Under the pieces are notes generated by a model, which had not been told where the DNA came from, made no database searches, and saw nothing but the letters and a program-made list of their open reading frames with translations. Below, piece after piece: positions 60,186 to 64,000 of a DNA stretch of 64,000 nt (positions are counted from its first letter, which is position 1; each line of letters begins with the position of its first letter). The translations under genes were made by a program, and so were the position numbers. Origin of the DNA: Candidatus Pacearchaeota archaeon (GTDB lineage Archaea > Nanobdellota > Nanobdellia > Pacearchaeales > GW2011-AR1); contig JAPLXZ010000016.1 of NCBI GenBank assembly GCA_026395815.1, positions 51,698-115,697 of the forward strand, written 5' to 3'.

Positions 60186-60497
60186 ATGGCAAAGAAGAAA
60201 ATAAACAATAAAAAGACAAAGGCAAAAAAACCAAAAAAGAGAATAACTTCATTGAAGAAAGCAAAGAATACGAGAATAAAAAAACAAAAAAAGAAGATAA
60301 CTTCAAAAACAAAAATAAAGAATTTGTTGGATAAAATGCCAGAAGCAGCAGAACTTTTGTTTGACGCAGGCTTGTTTTGCGTTGGCTGTCCTATGAGCAT
60401 GAACGAAACAATTGGACAAGGATGCAAAGCACATGGCATGAAAAAGAAAGAGATTGAAGAACTGATTAAAAAAATAAATCAAAAATTGGAACAATGA
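60186..60497 (+). CDS. DUF1858 domain protein with Lys-rich N-terminal tail
   Basis: GLFCVGCPMSMNETIGQGCKAHG; ATG 60186. Confidence 0.85.
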   Translation: MAKKKINNKKTKAKKPKKRITSLKKAKNTRIKKQKKKITSKTKIKNLLDKMPEAAELLFDAGLFCVGCPMSMNETIGQGCKAHGMKKKEIEELIKKINQKLEQ

Positions 60498-60889
60498 ATT
60501 ATTCTAAGAAAGTGATGCAGAATTTCCTACACCCAAAAAATCTAGGAGAAATGAAAAATCCAGATGGGATTGGAAAAATTGGAAATCCTGTTTGCGGAGA
60601 CATGATGTGGCTTTACATCAAGGTTGAAAAAAACAAGAAAGGAAAGGAAATAATCAAAGACATAAAATTCAGAACATTTGGATGCGCTGCTGCAATTGCA
60701 ACTTCTTCTATGATAACTCAGCTTGCAAAAGGAAAAACCCTTGAAAAAGCAAAAAAGATAACCAGAGATGATGTTGCTGAATCCCTGAAAGGATTGCCTC
60801 CTATCAAAATGCACTGTTCAAACCTTGCAAGTGAAGCACTAAAGTCAGCAATTAAAGATTATAATAAAAAACTGATAAAATCTAAATAA
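60494..60889 (+). CDS. iscU: Fe-S cluster scaffold IscU/NifU-N
   Basis: GNPVCGD, FGCAAAIA and LPPIKMHCS. Confidence 0.96.
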   Translation: MNYSKKVMQNFLHPKNLGEMKNPDGIGKIGNPVCGDMMWLYIKVEKNKKGKEIIKDIKFRTFGCAAAIATSSMITQLAKGKTLEKAKKITRDDVAESLKGLPPIKMHCSNLASEALKSAIKDYNKKLIKSK

Positions 60890-60891
60890 AA

Positions 60892-61815
60892 ATGGAAAAT
60901 AAAATATCAAAAAATATTCTAGAATCAATTGGAAATACTCCTTTAGTTAAAATAAATAAGTTAAATCCAAACAAAAACGTGACTATTTATGCAAAATTAG
61001 AGGGCTTTAATCCTAGCGGAAGCATTAAAGACAGAATTGCCTTAAAGATGATAGAACAAGCAGAAGAAGAAGGAAAATTAAAAAAAGGAAAAACAATCAT
61101 CGAGGCAACTTCAGGAAATACAGGAATAGGATTGGCTATGATCGGAACTGTCAAAGGATATAAAGTGGAAATTGTTATGAGCAAAGCAGTTTCTGAAGAA
61201 AGAATAAAAATGATTCGGGCTTTTGGGGGGAAAGTTATTCTTACTGATGCAAAATTAGGCACTGATGGAGCAATAATAAAAGCTCGAGAACTTGTAAAAA
61301 AGTATCCAAAAAAATATTTTATGCCAGACCAATTTTCAAACGAATACAATAAAATAACCCATTATAAAACAACAGCAGATGAAATTTGGAAACAAACAGA
61401 TGGAAAAATTGATTATTTTGTTTCTGCAATTGGAACTTCAGGAACAATCATGGGTGTTGGAAAATATTTAAAAGAAAAAAACAAAAAGATAAAGATAATT
61501 TGTGCAGAACCAACAAGAGGACATTATATCCAAGGATTAAAAAACATGGAAGAAGCAATTGTTCCGGCGATATATGATCCTACTAAAATAGACAAGAAAA
61601 TAATGATTGAAACAGAAAAGGCATATGAAATTGCAAGAGAAATTATAAAAAAAGAAGGCATCTTTGTAGGGATGAGCAGCGGGGCTTCAATGTATGCTGC
61701 TTTGAAGATTGCAAAAAAGATAAAATCTGGAACAATTGTTGTAATCTTTCCAGATAGAGGAGAAAAATATCTTAGCACTAATTTATTTAAACAGGTAAAA
61801 AAACATGGAAAATAA
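60892..61815 (+). CDS. Cysteine synthase (CysK/CysM family)
   Basis: IGNTPL, NPSGSIKDR, EATSGNTG and GTSGT. Confidence 0.93.
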   Translation: MENKISKNILESIGNTPLVKINKLNPNKNVTIYAKLEGFNPSGSIKDRIALKMIEQAEEEGKLKKGKTIIEATSGNTGIGLAMIGTVKGYKVEIVMSKAVSEERIKMIRAFGGKVILTDAKLGTDGAIIKARELVKKYPKKYFMPDQFSNEYNKITHYKTTADEIWKQTDGKIDYFVSAIGTSGTIMGVGKYLKEKNKKIKIICAEPTRGHYIQGLKNMEEAIVPAIYDPTKIDKKIMIETEKAYEIAREIIKKEGIFVGMSSGASMYAALKIAKKIKSGTIVVIFPDRGEKYLSTNLFKQVKKHGK

Positions 61816-62278
61816 ATCTGTCGGACTGTTAATTATTGGAATTTCAATTGTAATTGGAATTATTGTTTGGATTTTTAATTCTGCTCTTACTGCAATAGTT
61901 GGAACATCATGTAATATGGGACCTTCTTGCACAATGTATGATACTATAAAAACTCAAACTTGGCTTAGTTTGTCAATTGCAGGAATTATTTTAGTGATAG
62001 GCTTATTTATAATGTTTTTAAAACCAAAAGAAAAAATAATTATTAGAACAAAAAGAGAAAAGAAAAAGAAACTTAATCTCGAAGGACTAGAACAAAATGA
62101 AAAGAAAATTATTGATATTCTTCAGAATGAAAATGGCGCAATTTTCCAAAGTACTTTAATGGAAAAATTGGAAATGGGAAAAGTCGGCATTACTCGGTTA
62201 TTGGATAAGTTAGAAGCAAAGCAGCTAATCGAAAGGAAAAGAAGAGGTATGAATAATATAGTAGTACTAAAAAATTGA
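61805..62278 (+). CDS. Membrane-anchored wHTH protein
   Basis: Two TM segments with a CNMGPSC loop; C-terminal wHTH (ITRLLDKLEAKQLIERKRRG). Confidence 0.75.
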   Translation: MENKSVGLLIIGISIVIGIIVWIFNSALTAIVGTSCNMGPSCTMYDTIKTQTWLSLSIAGIILVIGLFIMFLKPKEKIIIRTKREKKKKLNLEGLEQNEKKIIDILQNENGAIFQSTLMEKLEMGKVGITRLLDKLEAKQLIERKRRGMNNIVVLKN

Positions 62279-62423
62279 ATGTTATCCATCCCAAAATACA
62301 AAATAGGAAATTTTGCATAAGGTATGAATAATATAGTCGTTTTGAAGCAGTGAAACTAGTTTCTCCAAAGCGAATATAATAAACCATTCTTTTACTTTTT
62401 TAATTAAATTTTGGGGACAAAAA

Positions 62424-63257
62424 ATGAACAATTGGATAATTGTAGGAATTATTGCTGGACTGTTGATTGTAGGCGGAATTGCATTAGTAAGTGCTATCTC
62501 TGTTGATAACACAAACCAACCGGCAACTACTTCTACATGCACTAGCTGTGGTGGAAAATGCTTGCCGGAGCTTCCAAAAAAAGGAGAATATATGCTAGAA
62601 TATATAAAAAATCCAGGAAGATTAAGTTGTTTAAACGAATTCAGAAATGCGGTAAGAGGACATAGTTTAGTTAAGATTCAGACAGTGGGACCAGTAACAA
62701 TTCTTTCTGACAGTAAAAACGAATATACCGAAGAGCAAGCAATTAACATAACAAAAGAGCATATTTTAAGGATTTTAGATAAATTAAACGTGGAAAATAT
62801 AATCTGCTTTTTAGATGAGCCCTCTTTAGAAACAGCGGGCTTTGATTACAAGTCAATGGACATGAGCAAGAAAGAATATGAATCTCTTGGAATTAAGAGT
62901 GTAGACTATAAGGCTCTTTGGAGAGAATTGCATAAGAGATTAATCCCGCAGATTAATCAAGAAAGATTAGAATTTGGAGTACATACCTGTGGAAATTTTA
63001 ATTGGGAAAAATTATTTGACTTAGATTTTATCAAAATTGTCAGTTTTGATGCTTCAAAATACGCACAAAAACTCGTTTCTTCAAAGACATTTAGGAGTGG
63101 AAGAGAGATTGCCTGGGGAGTAAAAAACAGGAGTGATGTTTTAAGTTTTAGAAAAGGAGATTTCTTAACTCCTCCTTGTGGGTTGGGAAACTTAGCCGAT
63201 GAAAGAGAATGCGAATCTATTCTGGAAAATTTGGTAAGGATAAAAGGAGAGATATAA
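62424..63257 (+). CDS. Cobalamin-independent methionine synthase-like barrel with an unrelated signal/CxxC N-terminus
   Basis: LDEPSL, GVHTCG, SFD and TPPCGLG motifs; N-terminal TM plus CTSCGGKC. Confidence 0.6.
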   Translation: MNNWIIVGIIAGLLIVGGIALVSAISVDNTNQPATTSTCTSCGGKCLPELPKKGEYMLEYIKNPGRLSCLNEFRNAVRGHSLVKIQTVGPVTILSDSKNEYTEEQAINITKEHILRILDKLNVENIICFLDEPSLETAGFDYKSMDMSKKEYESLGIKSVDYKALWRELHKRLIPQINQERLEFGVHTCGNFNWEKLFDLDFIKIVSFDASKYAQKLVSSKTFRSGREIAWGVKNRSDVLSFRKGDFLTPPCGLGNLADERECESILENLVRIKGEI

Positions 63258-63278
63258 TTCCTGTTATTATTTTTAGAA

Positions 63279-63698
63279 TTACAATTTATATTGTCCTTCT
63301 TTCTCTTTAAGCCAATTAAAAAGTTCATTATTTGGAATTGTTACCGGATCTATCTCCTCAGAGGCATTATCAGTATCGATGTAATACCAACCCCTACCTC
63401 CCTGGCTTACTGGTTTGTCAAAAGCCACAAATCTCCCAGTCTTTTTATCAACAGTACCAAGACATTTTTCTAGAATCATACCTTCCGGCATAGGCTCTAA
63501 TTCCTCTTTGGGATGTACTGTTCCGAAAGGTGCACCAGTACCCCAGTGATATTCTTCAAATAAAAAATAATGTCCGAATTTCTCCCGAATACCTACAAAA
63601 CCCTTTGTAGTTATATTAAAAACTCCGAAAGCTAAATTTCTAGAATGTATTCTGTATAAAACTCTGTTTTTACATTCGTCAAGGAGTATCCTTTCCAT
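63279..63698 (-). CDS. Hypothetical protein
   Basis: 139-aa ORF. Confidence 0.65.
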   Translation of the reverse strand: MERILLDECKNRVLYRIHSRNLAFGVFNITTKGFVGIREKFGHYFLFEEYHWGTGAPFGTVHPKEELEPMPEGMILEKCLGTVDKKTGRFVAFDKPVSQGGRGWYYIDTDNASEEIDPVTIPNNELFNWLKEKEGQYKL

Positions 63699-63836
63699 TA
63701 AACTCTTCTAATCGATTCAATAATATAAATATTTTTATAATTGAAAATGATAGACTTTTAACGAACTTCTTATCTTTAATGGAAAATACTTTAAACGATT
63801 AACTATAAAAATAGATTTTGATAATTTAATATTAAT

Positions 63837-64000
63837 ATGAATATAGAAACTCGTGTTAAACAAACCTTATCAAAAATGAAGTTGAATAAGAAAGAAAGAA
63901 TTCTTATAGCGATGTCAGGAGGAAAAGATTCAAGTGTTGTTGCATATCTTTTAAAAAAGCAAGGATACAGGATTGAAGGGTTTCACATTGATTTGGGAAT
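63837..64000 (+). CDS. TtuA/TtcA-like PP-loop tRNA thiolation protein (partial)
   Basis: Manual translation ...[33 protein letters not shown]. Confidence 0.7.
   Translation, partial: MNIETRVKQTLSKMKLNKKERILIAMSGGKDSSVVAYLLKKQGYRIEGFHIDLG

Noticed and set aside
59985..60439. Minus-strand ORFs across the iscS-DUF1858 junction
   Set aside because: Shadows of the plus-strand operon; the His-rich look simply mirrors the Cys codons

Overview
AT-rich archaeal chromosome segment. The gene set and architecture point to a small-genome DPANN archaeon, most likely Pacearchaeota-like (inference from single-chain RpoB, fused RpoA'-A'', compact GluRS and many small orphan ORFs). Core loci: rpoH-rpoB-rpoA-nusA-rps12-rps7-fusA-tuf, rpl35ae-rpl10e, gltX, tRNA-His-hisS, scpA-dph6-ksgA, PIN-rpoE-spt4-rps24e-rps27ae, tRNA-Trp, dnaG, disA, lhr, and an ArsR-iscS-DUF1858-iscU-cysteine synthase operon near a TtuA-like gene. 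Most notable observations: (1) a 29-aa, 9-Cys metallothionein-like ORF missed by the ORF track, inside the ArsR-led Fe-S/sulfur operon; (2) an EF-2 that lacks both conserved monovalent-cation ligands; (3) a candidate ~190-nt structured ncRNA whose 3' end is duplicated around a B12-radical SAM gene, next to repeated copies of the rps27ae 3' end; (4) a ~130-bp inverted-repeat element family around orphan genes; (5) small orphan ORFs inserted into universal operons; (6) an uncharacterised four-gene unit with NTase-HEPN and TIM-barrel proteins. No CRISPR array, rRNA, transposase or integrase was seen. All calls come from reading motifs by eye, with no database searches.
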